NCBI GenBank assembly: GCA_964016885.1
Contig: OZ024740.1
Span: 180,606,001 to 180,670,000, forward strand
Source: Eledone cirrhosa
Taxonomy: Eukaryota
DNA length: 64,000 nucleotides
Reading direction: 5' to 3'
The notes below the pieces were generated by a model, which was not told the DNA's origin, did not search any database, and was given only the letters and a program-made list of their open reading frames with translations. This document shows, one piece after another, positions 53,272 through 64,000 of the stretch; positions within the stretch are counted from its first letter, which is position 1, and every line of letters begins with the position of its first letter. A program made the position numbers and the translations under genes.

Positions 53272-55475
53272 TATGTCACCTGCAATGCTAGCACCAATTG
53301 CTGCTCCTTCCTCTTGGGCCTATGTTTTTCCATTTATCTCCCGAGATATACGTGACAGCACGGAGGACCTTCTCTGGAGAATCAGCGAAAATAACCGATC
53401 TTGGGACCTACGAGACTGTATAATAGGTAGTATGGATGTTGTGTCCCTATATCCATCCATTGACGTGGATTTTGCTGTGGAGAAATAAGTAGAAATGATC
53501 AGTGAGAGCAATGTTGAATTCCGTGGGATTGATACCAGTGAGCTGGGACCCCTACTCAACCTTACCTATAGTAATGATTATCTAGATACATATGACCTTA
53601 GCGACCTGTGCCCTACAAGACCAGCAAGTGGCAGACCACATACCATTACCTCAATGGCAAAGACAACCCACACAGAGAGATGGAACGGGTGGACCAGAGC
53701 CATACGGACCCCCGAAAACCATGATGAACTAAAGAAAATGATTGCAGATGCGGTGGGGGCCAGTCTAAAATTAACCCTTAAGGAACATATGTTCAAATTT
53801 AATGGAAAAACATATGCCCAAGAAGAGGGAGCACCCATTGGTGTTAGCATTGCAGGTGACATAGCTAACCTATTCATGGTATGGTGCGACAATAAACTTA
53901 AACTTAATATTAAAGAACAATTAGAAGACAGCAACATCTTAAACCTGATAATGTACTCCCGCTACGTTGATGATATAACCATCGTAGTAAAAACACCCCC
54001 ACTAGAGAATTGTCGGGAATTAGAGAAAAACACCATGGAAAGCATAGCTAACTCCATCCACCAGAGTATTAGAGTTACTAAAGACTACCCAAGAAAGCAC
54101 CCCAACCATCGATTACCTGTACTAGACACAGAGCTCTGGTTAGGAACCGTTAATAACAAATAACTAATCCTCCATTCCCATTATGCCAAACCCTTGACTT
54201 CCAAATATCTGATCCACCGAAACTGAGCTGTTTCGGATCACACCAAAATCAACATACTGGTTGCGGATTTGGAACGGGTGCTGAGAAACGTGTCCCGCAT
54301 GTGCAACCCCACAGAACTAGAGAGACACATACAGCACTTCATCCACCGTATGCAGTTCTCTGGTTACAATCAGAGAGAGAAAATCAGAGTATATAGAGGA
54401 GCCAGAACCATATGGGAAAAAATGGTAAATAATGATACAAATGGGACCTGCACCTTATATAGGAGCAAATTTTGGAATAGAATAGAAAGAACTAGGAATA
54501 AGGTTAATAGAATAAACTCATAGTATGATAGCAATATATACTAGAGTGTAATGTTCATCAATACAACCCTAGAGGTTAATTAGCTTACAAATTTAGAAGG
54601 GCCCTAGATAAGCATAAACTTAATATTAAGATTGTAGAAAGACCAGGTACCTCCATAAAAACACTTATTAGCAATGCATACCTTTTTCAAAAATCTCCCT
54701 GTATAGATAAGATATGCATAATCTGTAAACTAAGCCCCGATATTAACTGTAAAACTAGAAATGTAGTATATAGCATAAGATGTACTGAAGGAAATGTAAA
54801 TATAAGAATATAGTGTACATAGGTGAGACAGCTCGTAGTATAGGACAACGGTTAAATGAACACTGCCGAGAACTTCAAGATAAAAAAGAATCATCAATAC
54901 TCCACCAACATGCTAAAATAGAACATAAGGACAAATTAGAGAAGGTAGAAATAAAAATAGAATCTACACACAGAAAAGACGCAATGTTTAGACAAATCTC
55001 TGAGGCAATAACCATAAATGTACTCCAACCAAAATTAAATAGAAAACTTGAATTGAATAGCAACATCACAACTTACAATTAAGGCCACAATGAAAACAAA
55101 CACACATAGAACAAACAACCAACCAGTAACATGTAAATAAACAAATAAATAAACAAAAAAAAAACACACACAGACACCCGGATGTAACACATGCGCAAAC
55201 AAAGCACGCAAGACACACAATAACAAGATGGCGTAGGACAGAACAAAGGAGAGGTACAAAACAAAGAAAATAATCCCCAGTCACTGAAGAGGTCACATAA
55301 TGCGTGATGAAAGAACTTTGACAATATATGAACAACCATCCGGTTAGGTAACAAACCAACCAACCGGAAATTTCTAAATTCTTAAATTTATAAATTTAAT
55401 TTATAATAAATTGGAGTGATACAACTGGTGCGTGTGTTTCGTATTGGCAACATGACCCTTCCAAAGTATAACAAT
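53272..55475 (+). mobile_element. Penelope-like element (5'-truncated RT + GIY-YIG + tail ending at (TA)n), degenerate
   Basis: IGSMDVVSLYPSID, FKFNGKTYAQEEGAPIG, YSRYVDD, LPVLDTELW, FSGY, YIGETARSIGQRLNEH, PKLNRKLE. Confidence 0.92.
55280..55322 (+). ncRNA. Minimal type I hammerhead in PLE tail
   Basis: gtca-CTGAAGA-g-gtcac(ataatgc)gtgat-GAAA-gaac-TT-tgac. Confidence 0.72.
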
Positions 55476-55598
55476 ATATATATATATATATATGTGTGTG
55501 TATGTGTGTATACATGTATATATTTGTATGTGTATGTATGTATGTATATGTGTATATATATGTGTGTGTGTGGGTATATGTATATGCATGTATATATT

Positions 55599-55687
<89 letters not shown>

Positions 55688-55788
55688 TTATATATGTATA
55701 TTATTATATATATATATATATGTATTTATATATGTATATGTATTTATATATGTATATTATTATATATATATATATATATATGTATTTA

Positions 55789-55847
<59 letters not shown>

Positions 55848-55864
55848 GTGTGTGTGTGTGGTTG

Positions 55865-55930
55865 TATTTTGTCTGAAGAAGGCATAACATATTGTTAATA
55901 TGTTATCCCTGAAATATATATAATGAAATA
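55865..55930 (+). ncRNA. Type I hammerhead with long stem II
   Basis: tattttgt-CTGAAGA-aggcataacatat(tgtta)atatgttatccct-GAAA-tatata-TA-atgaaata. Confidence 0.78.
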
Positions 55931-56058
55931 AATATGGTTTTATAAATATAGTTTCCATTTATTTAATATCATAAATATACTCCAAATACTTGTTGAGTGC
56001 TTTTATATCAGTTATAAATATTTACTCGTTGTTAACCCAACAATTTAAATATAACTTT

Positions 56059-56116
<58 letters not shown>

Positions 56117-56233
56117 ATATGTATGTATATATATATATATGTGTGTATATATGTATATATATGTGTATGTGTATGTATGTGTGTATGTATACATATATGT
56201 ATATGTATATATATGTATATACATATGTATATG

Positions 56234-56325
<92 letters not shown>

Positions 56326-56362
56326 ATTAAATAAATGGAAACTATATTTATAAAACCATATT

Positions 56363-56428
56363 TATTTCATTATATATATTTCAGGGATATCATATTAACA
56401 ATATGATATGCCTTCCTCAGACGAAATA
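56363..56428 (-). ncRNA. Type I hammerhead with long stem II
   Basis: tatttcgt-CTGAGGA-aggcatatcatat(tgtta)atatgatatccct-GAAA-tatata-TA-atgaaata. Confidence 0.85.
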
Positions 56429-58179
56429 CAATATAAACAGTTTTATAGATAAATAGATTTGACATACCGTACAACATCGACGACGGAATTTAAACTTCGC
56501 TATAATAACCACAAGAATTCTTTCACAGATCCAAGCAAAAAATCTTCTACGGCACTATCAGGCGTACTCTGGCAACTTAAGCTAGATAACGTTAGATATT
56601 CGACGGCTTGGAATATAGTCTCAAGAGGGATTCCTTTTAATTCATCCTCTGAGACATGTGACCTCTGCGCAGAGGAGATATTCTTTATACTAAAATCTAA
56701 AAATTCCCTTAATCTACGGACAAATTTATTCAGTTGCTGCAAACATAGATTAAACTCAACTTTTAAATATAAATTTAAATTTAAAATGTAGTATATTTAG
56801 TTTGATTTATAATTATATGGGAAATTAGCCGATAAATCTTTCGATTTCTTCTTTTTATTATTTTTATTTTTATTTTTATTTTTATTTTTATTTAAACATT
56901 CTTCATGAAAAATTAAGCTAACCTAAAAGTTGATGCTCCAAATATTTCGAATAAACGTTACACTAGATAAACTTCTATATTAAATATAACAACACATGTA
57001 CACCAAATGGGCATCCTAAACCTTTTGAAATGATTTTTGCTAGATGCGATTTGATAAATAATTTTTAGCTTTATCTGTTTTTCGACTCTGATGCTTATAA
57101 TGAACTTGGCAATATATTGTCAATTAATTTTTGAAGGGTTGATCTTTGTGGTTTATTTTTATTATTGTAGTATTTTCTAATATTTTTATTTTTAATATGA
57201 AATATTTTTAATATGTAATATTCTTTCGTAATATTTTTTAGTTTTCTATTTTATTATTATTATTTATTATTATTATTATTATTGTTATTTTTTGGTTTTG
57301 TCTCTGATATATATTTTTTTATTTTTTGGTTTTGTCTCTGATATATATTTTTTATTTTTTATTAATATATTGAAATCTGCTCTCTATATCTGCTTGATAG
57401 ATAATCTTGTAGAGTAAAGACAAGAATAGTAGTAATATAAACTCTCTATATATATGTGTGTATATATATACACATATATGTATACTTAAATTTGTATAGC
57501 ACAATGAGAATGTTTTCCGTGATCTTAGGGTTTGCAGAGTTGATCATGTAAATTCACATAGATGTTTGTAGTTATCACATAAACATATGAATTTTTTAAA
57601 AAAAACTAAACATAAGATCATTACTTTTCACACATAATGGATACATGTCTCATTCAGGAATACTGATATTTAGAATATAGTGGCTGGTTTTTATACATAC
57701 TAATACCTCTACATTAAAACATAGGGTTTTTATGCCTCGCCTATGTCTGGTTATTTTTAATTTTTCTCTATATATAACAGCTGGTTTCTCTCCTAACCAC
57801 ATATATCTCCCTTACATTAATACTAGAGCTAAATAAATAAATAAATAAATAAATGTATCATTGATACGTTTACTCAACGGATGTTCCACTACCTAGTTTT
57901 CTATATATATATATCTATCTCTATTTCCTCTCTCTCTATATATATATCTCTCTCTGTTTCTTTACATGAAGTTCTTCTCTTTATCTATCTTTCCATCTCT
58001 CTATTTTGTTCCATGCATTTCTTCTTTTTCTTCTTTTTGTTCGTTTTCTGTCTTTCTTTCCTTTTTCTCTCTTTCTTTCTCTCTGTGTACAATTTTTTCA
58101 CTGCCAATTCAACTTTTCAAATACAAGTCGATGTTGTACGGTATGTCAAATCTATTTATCTATAAAACTGTTTATATTG

Positions 58180-58246
58180 TATTTTGTCTGAGGAAGGCAT
58201 AGCATATTAATTAATATGATATCCCTGAAATATATATAATGAAATA
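58180..58246 (+). ncRNA. Type I hammerhead with long stem II
   Basis: tattttgt-CTGAGGA-aggcatagcatatta.ttaatatgatatccct-GAAA-tatata-TA-atgaaata. Confidence 0.78.
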
Positions 58247-58375
58247 AATATGGTTTTATAAATATAGTTTCCATTTATTTAATATCGTAAATATACTCCA
58301 AATACTTGTCGAGTGCTTTTATATCAGTTATAAATATTTACTAGTTGTAACCCAAAAATTTAAATATAACTTTCC

Positions 58376-58427
<52 letters not shown>

Positions 58428-58436
58428 CCTCTGCAT

Positions 58437-58534
<98 letters not shown>

Positions 58535-58819
58535 GAAGTTATATTTAATTTGTTGGGAATCAACAAGCTAAAACATGTTTATAACTGCTATAAAGCACTC
58601 AACAGTTAGTGGTGTAAATACACAATATATTAATGTATATATGTATGTATATATGTGTATATATGTGTGCATATATATACATGTGTATGTATATATATAT
58701 TAATATATATATGTATATATATGTATATATGTGTATATATGTGTGTGTGTATGTGAATGCGTTTGTTGACACCTGTAATTTAGCTTGTGAGAAACATGAG
58801 AATAATGATATGATAGGCA

Positions 58820-59165
58820 CCCAATATTTTGAACTGGTTTATAGAATTCTCCTGGCCTTTGTCACTCTAAGTAGAGCTCTAAAGATTTGGCTTTTAAAGA
58901 ATTTCCCTTTTCTTTAAATCCATCAACCATGACCGACCCCCAACCTTCTTATAGACACCTGAAATATAGGCATTGTTAGCCTATGAGACACTTAAAAATA
59001 AGGAGTGGCTACCCAATCTGAACTTGTTTATTGAATTCTTTCTGCCTTTGTCACTCTACATATAAAGTATAGCCTTAAAGAATTAGCTTTTAATGAATTC
59101 TCTTTTCTTTCAACCAATGGCCTCCACCCATCCAACTCCCCACCCTCTTCTACCACCTGAAAATA
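58820..59165 (+). repeat. ~190-bp diverged tandem duplication upstream of a hammerhead
   Basis: cccaat..tgaact.gtttat.gaattct....gcctttgtcactcta at ~58820 and ~59012. Confidence 0.75.
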
Positions 59166-59197
59166 TATAAATACCACAACATTTATTTTGGAAAGCC

Positions 59198-59248
59198 AGA
59201 TTCCTGATGATTTCTAAAGAATGAAACAGTTCTAGTCCTGTAGAATCT
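59198..59248 (+). ncRNA. Type I hammerhead ribozyme, canonical core
   Basis: agattc-CTGATGA-tttc(taaa)gaat-GAAA-cag(ttctagtc)ctg-TA-gaatct. Confidence 0.82.
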
Positions 59249-59345
59249 CATTTATATTAAAACTTTTATACTCTGCTATGTATTGAGTACCTTACTTACT
59301 GTGGTTACCTCCGATTCAACCCGGAATAACTTAACTATATATATG

Positions 59346-59392
<47 letters not shown>

Positions 59393-59419
59393 TTATATAT
59401 ATATATATATATAAGAAAT

Positions 59420-59542
59420 GGTTGAAAGAAAAAATTTCTTCAGTGAAATATCAAAACATTAATTTATTTACAATACTGGTTTCAGCATTATATGCATTGT
59501 CAATTAATTAACAATGCATGTAATGCTGAAACCGATATTGTA

Positions 59543-59550
<8 letters not shown>
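59420..59550. repeat. Spacer-less palindrome of two divergent hammerhead motifs (same family as 52230-52400)
   Basis: Centre aatt|aatt at 59505/59506. The minus arm reads TTGACAA..GAAAccagTA and the plus arm reads TTAACAA..GAAAccgaTA. Confidence 0.8.
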
Positions 59551-59614
<64 letters not shown>

Positions 59615-59658
59615 ATGTGTGTGAGTGTATGTGAGAGTGTGTGTGAGTGTCTGTGTGT

Positions 59659-59727
<69 letters not shown>

Positions 59728-62315
59728 CGTGCTGTGTGTACTCGTGCTGTGCGTGTGTCTATGTGTATTGCAGTGTAAATTAGTAAACGATATTCAAATG
59801 TTAGCAGAGCCCTTTGTACTTTAGATGAGTTGTGTTATTTCGGGCCTGGGGCAGTGATTAAAGAAATATGCCCTCGTATTTATTTTGTATACTTGTCACG
59901 TCCTTTTGAACCCTTCAAATATTAACATTATTTAAATAACCCTCGATAAATGCAGCATTAGAATGGTCATGTTCAACATATACCTGATCTAAGTAAAAAC
60001 AGCAAATATTTGTTTCAGGCTCTTGAAACAAAGCCAAATAGCCATGAACATTAGTATTGTGAAATAATAAAATTACATTTAGACAACATATTGCTGAATA
60101 ATTTGGTGCTGGTTTGAACAGGCTGAATGTCACAGTGAGATATAGATAGTATAACATAATTTATAATAGTAAATAACTCACAAAACTCATTTCATGCGAG
60201 CCGGATTCCCAAAGTAAGGTCGTTTACCGGCAGTACAAAATAGCAATTTTGGATAGAGAGGAATACCTGTCATGGTTACGCAGACGACACTTAGAACTAT
60301 TACCATGGCACATTTCGAGCAGCGGAGCACTTATAGCACATTTCCCCCATCTACTCAACCAGCAGGCGCAAGCACATAATTATACCGTCCATCTGGCTGT
60401 ACATTCGTTGCATAACAGCATAACATCGTCAGGCATAACATTGTCACTGATCCTAAATGGCCTGGAAAGAGAAAAATCATGAGGCTAACTGCCTGTCAAC
60501 AATTCTCATATTCATTCAGCAAGGAAGTTTTACGAACTCATTCTACTCAAACATGCATCACCTACCGGAAATTCAGCTTCTTACCGATAGGATTAATTCT
60601 GACATAGAGGAAGTGTGTCAATCTTGGGAACTAAACCAATTTCGCTTTCTTGATTGCAAGGTTTTGCACTCTGAGTAAGCGATTAGATTATTCCGGAGCT
60701 AGATTAACGACACGCATGATCAACGGTCGTACAAGACATTCAAGTATATCCAAAATGAATCAACTTTGATAATTTATATACGACATTTTCTAAGTTTGGA
60801 TTTAACGGGCGGACAGCTCTCTACTTAAATTCCACCAAACCACTAATCTTGACATGACATATCGCAGAAAAAGTACTTCTGTGCTTCATTTACAGATGTG
60901 ATATTGTTATGAGGTCTATCTCTGTACAAAACGTATTGGAAGAAATGATATCAGCTACAAACCAAAGACCAGGTATTGTGAAAGATACGCGACACAGATG
61001 TCGGTCATATAGACGCCACTATGACTAAGGTGAACTGGTATTATGCATCTGCAAATCTTAGAGACATCCGCTGGTGAAACAAATCAATCAAAATTATAGT
61101 TGCATATGTAGCAGAAGTGTAAGCAAGAAAATAAGAGAAACATAAAAAATGTATAATAAATATAATAGGAGAAACTATAAAGGGAAGTGATATCAAATGA
61201 GAAGAAAATAACTAAGTGTCTCTCAAATTGATATATTGCTGTGATCGAAAAGTAATGCTTTATAAAAAAAATCTGATCTTCCTGTCCGATTTACAAGGTG
61301 TGTTCATCTTCGTAGACAATAGATGACATATCATTCGCCTGGAATGTACAATAGCAACTCTAAAACATGCAATTTCACTTGTTATCTAATGGATCTGGAA
61401 ACAGATCAACAGATTGTTATCCACTGCTATGTTATTACAAATGTCATGTTTGATATGCAGATGAAAATATATTGTGTATCCCTAAGATTTGTTGGGACTC
61501 AAAATAACACATTCTACACATTTAAATTATGCATATGCTATATGTGAAAGAATTAAATTAAAATTACGTGTGACATGAAGAATCGGTTTCCTGAATACTT
61601 ACCATTTTCGGAGTGCGCAGAGGGTGTGTTTGTGTGTCTGTGAGGATGTTTTACTGAGTGTGTTTGCATGTACACAAGTGTGTGAGCCCTGCTTTTATGG
61701 TCTCCACTTATTTGCAACCACTCCGCGAAACAAACCATACAGATGTCCTTAGGTTTCATCATTTAATAGATTAAATATTTATGTTCTCCTATTTGTTTGT
61801 TAGGTTTGAAGTTGATCCATCCCTAACTCACTAGTATATAGTCTGATTTATTACTTCAGTATATATTTATTTACTTATTTAACGCTTTTTTTTATTTTCT
61901 TAATCATCATACATACACGATCAAAGGCATAATTGTACGCCTTATATTTTTTCTTGAAACACAGCATTTTCAAATATTTATAAACATTATATAAATGTTT
62001 TATATACATTTAGTAATTTCTGTACACAACACTGCCCTGCATATTCCGGTGACGGCAGCTGACCAAATAAGTTACACTTAGGATTATAAGATGGTGGATT
62101 TATCTCTGGACCTCGAGCTGCTTTGTGTTCTTGAATAAAGTTCTTCATTTTACGCTGTCTACTGTACTAGAAGTTGAGTAGCAACTAGGATCAGCTAAGG
62201 AAAGTCTAACAGAAACATGTCTTGGTTGGTCTCATGTGAGGATCATCTGCTTTCCTTTCGTTTTATTTACAGACGCACACACACACATACAAACACACTC
62301 ATACATACATGAGTG

Positions 62316-62382
<67 letters not shown>

Positions 62383-62794
62383 TAAAGAAAATAATTTTAT
62401 TGATAAATTCCAACCCAAACTAAATGAACAATAATAATGCTTAGGAGTATTACTCCAACTATGACTACGCCTGTCGACTACCACCACTTACATTAACAAC
62501 AACAATAATAATAATAAAAGTGATGTTGATGGTGATGCTTATTGAAGATTTTTTTGTAGAAACCCTAGAAAATACTATTTTCATCATTTCTAAAAATAGC
62601 AAAACAATTGATGCTTTGGATAGGTTCAAATAGAAGTCGTTAGAAATGCTCAACCAACCGTGACGCCTAAACCAATCAGCTTTAGTAATTTAGTGAAACT
62701 CCACACCGATTGGTCGAAATAGAGTTTGCAAAACGTAGCATTCTGTAGCCCCTTTTTTCTGTATAAAAGGCAGAGCATTTACCCATCTCATTAC

Positions 62795-63024
62795 AGTTGA
62801 AAATTGCAAACTTCACTGTCAACACTGAATGTGAACCTGAATATTGCGAAAGCATGAACGTTCTTGTTCAATTAACACTTAACATTTAATATTCTGCCAT
62901 ACTATTTCATAATAATATCACTATAATGTTAAGGTATTGTAAATAAAACGAGTAAATCAGATAAAGTTGGAATTCCGTTTATTAATATAATCTTCCATAC
63001 ACAATCATACACACCCGTGTATAT

Positions 63025-63028
<4 letters not shown>
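62795..63028 (+). mobile_element. Second copy of the 33950-34180 tail module with a degenerate hammerhead (62832-62870), ending at (TA)n
   Basis: tgaac-CTGAATA-ttgcgaaagcat-GAAC-gttc-TT-gttca; the downstream sequence matches 34030-34182. Confidence 0.8.
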
Positions 63029-63091
<63 letters not shown>

Positions 63092-63716
63092 TACCATGTT
63101 GTTTGTTTACTGTTCCCCATCCAATTCGCTCTGTCCCAATAACTTAAATTTGTTATTGCTCGCAGTGATTTTGAGGTGTCTGGTCTTTAAAGCGAAGAAA
63201 TACCAATGATAATCAGTAGATCACTGATGATGGACCGCCTCGTTTCTCGTTCTATTCCATTCATATGTATCACACTCGCAACAACGCAGCACGCCATTTT
63301 TTCATTCATATATATTGTTTTGCCTCGCTGTGGTTTGTCTTTTTTCTATCACCTTACTGCTATCCTCTGTCTCTCTAACCCTTCTCTCTCCTTGTACCTC
63401 TTGCTTTCATTCACCTCCTCTGCTGGTCACACATTCTGTGATTGATTGATTGCTTGCCTGTAATGTAATACAGCCAAAAGGGTGGATAAGGAGAACATAC
63501 TGTGAAAAGAGATTGACGCTGAAATCCGAATACAAATGGAATAAAACAAGTTTCGCGTAAATCGGTACACGGGTTCCCGAGATGTGGGGTTTTACCCGGT
63601 ACCTTCATAAATAGAGATAAAGAAAGAAAATTGAAAGAAAAAGATAGTGGTTGTAAGAGAGTAGATTGAAAGAGAGACATAGAGTGAGGGGAGAGAGAGA
63701 GAGTGGGTGGCGTTGT

Positions 63717-63780
<64 letters not shown>

Positions 63781-64000
63781 AAAGTGTGTGTACATATATA
63801 TGTATATGTGTGTCTATGACCAGTGTATATAGAAAACAGACACCCACATATCAATATATATATACACAAACATATATCTATATATATATATATTATGAAG
63901 AGAGAAGGAACATTTAGATATAATTAGTAATAAAATGTATCATACCTAAACTGCTCCTAGATTCCTCGACTACGTAGTTTCGTGGCATAAACAAAAACAG

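Larger units (their letters stand above)
56323..58376 (+). mobile_element. PLE 3' fragment: inverted terminal repeat (56323-56463) + GIY-YIG relic (56459-56791) + long AT-rich tail + terminal repeat (58140-58376)
   Basis: FKLRYNNHKNSF......STALS..LW.LK.......W.I........CDLCAEE.FFI.....LNLRTNLFSCCKH. 56323-56480 is the reverse complement of ~58125-58285. Confidence 0.85.

Noticed and set aside
60180-61080. Possible ancient LINE relic
   Set aside because: The composition is coding-like, but I could not recover a diagnostic motif by eye. It needs a translated search against retroelement proteins.
63225-63615. CTGATGA at ~63226 and a minus-strand GAAA-cttg-TT hairpin near 63545-63612 as hammerheads
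   Set aside because: I could not assemble stems I-III with an intact core.

Overview
This is eukaryotic, AT-rich, repeat-saturated DNA with long (TA)n, (TG)n and (TAA)n tracts. I found no host protein-coding gene that I can support. The tRNA-derived SINE and the microsatellite style suggest an octopod or other mollusc genome (inference). The left ~19 kb is a cluster of four degenerate non-LTR retrotransposons joined through (TAA)n tracts: two L1/Tx1-like elements on the minus strand enclose two R4/Dong-like RT-REL elements on the plus strand. The remaining 45 kb is a mosaic of Penelope-like element (PLE; RT + GIY-YIG) fragments and their terminal repeats, SINEs, two non-autonomous Helitrons, and RTE and Dong relics. 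The most interesting layer is RNA structure that the ORF track does not show. I read roughly 18 type I hammerhead ribozyme motifs from about 8 sequence-distinct repeat families. They lie in PLE tails, in fold-back palindromes and in a ~315-bp tandem array that resembles a retrozyme. Three families carry a compensatory U3-A8 core instead of C3-G8. The SINE 3' end also resembles the Tx1-like LINE 3' end. Folds and alignments were done by eye, and boundaries are approximate unless stated.
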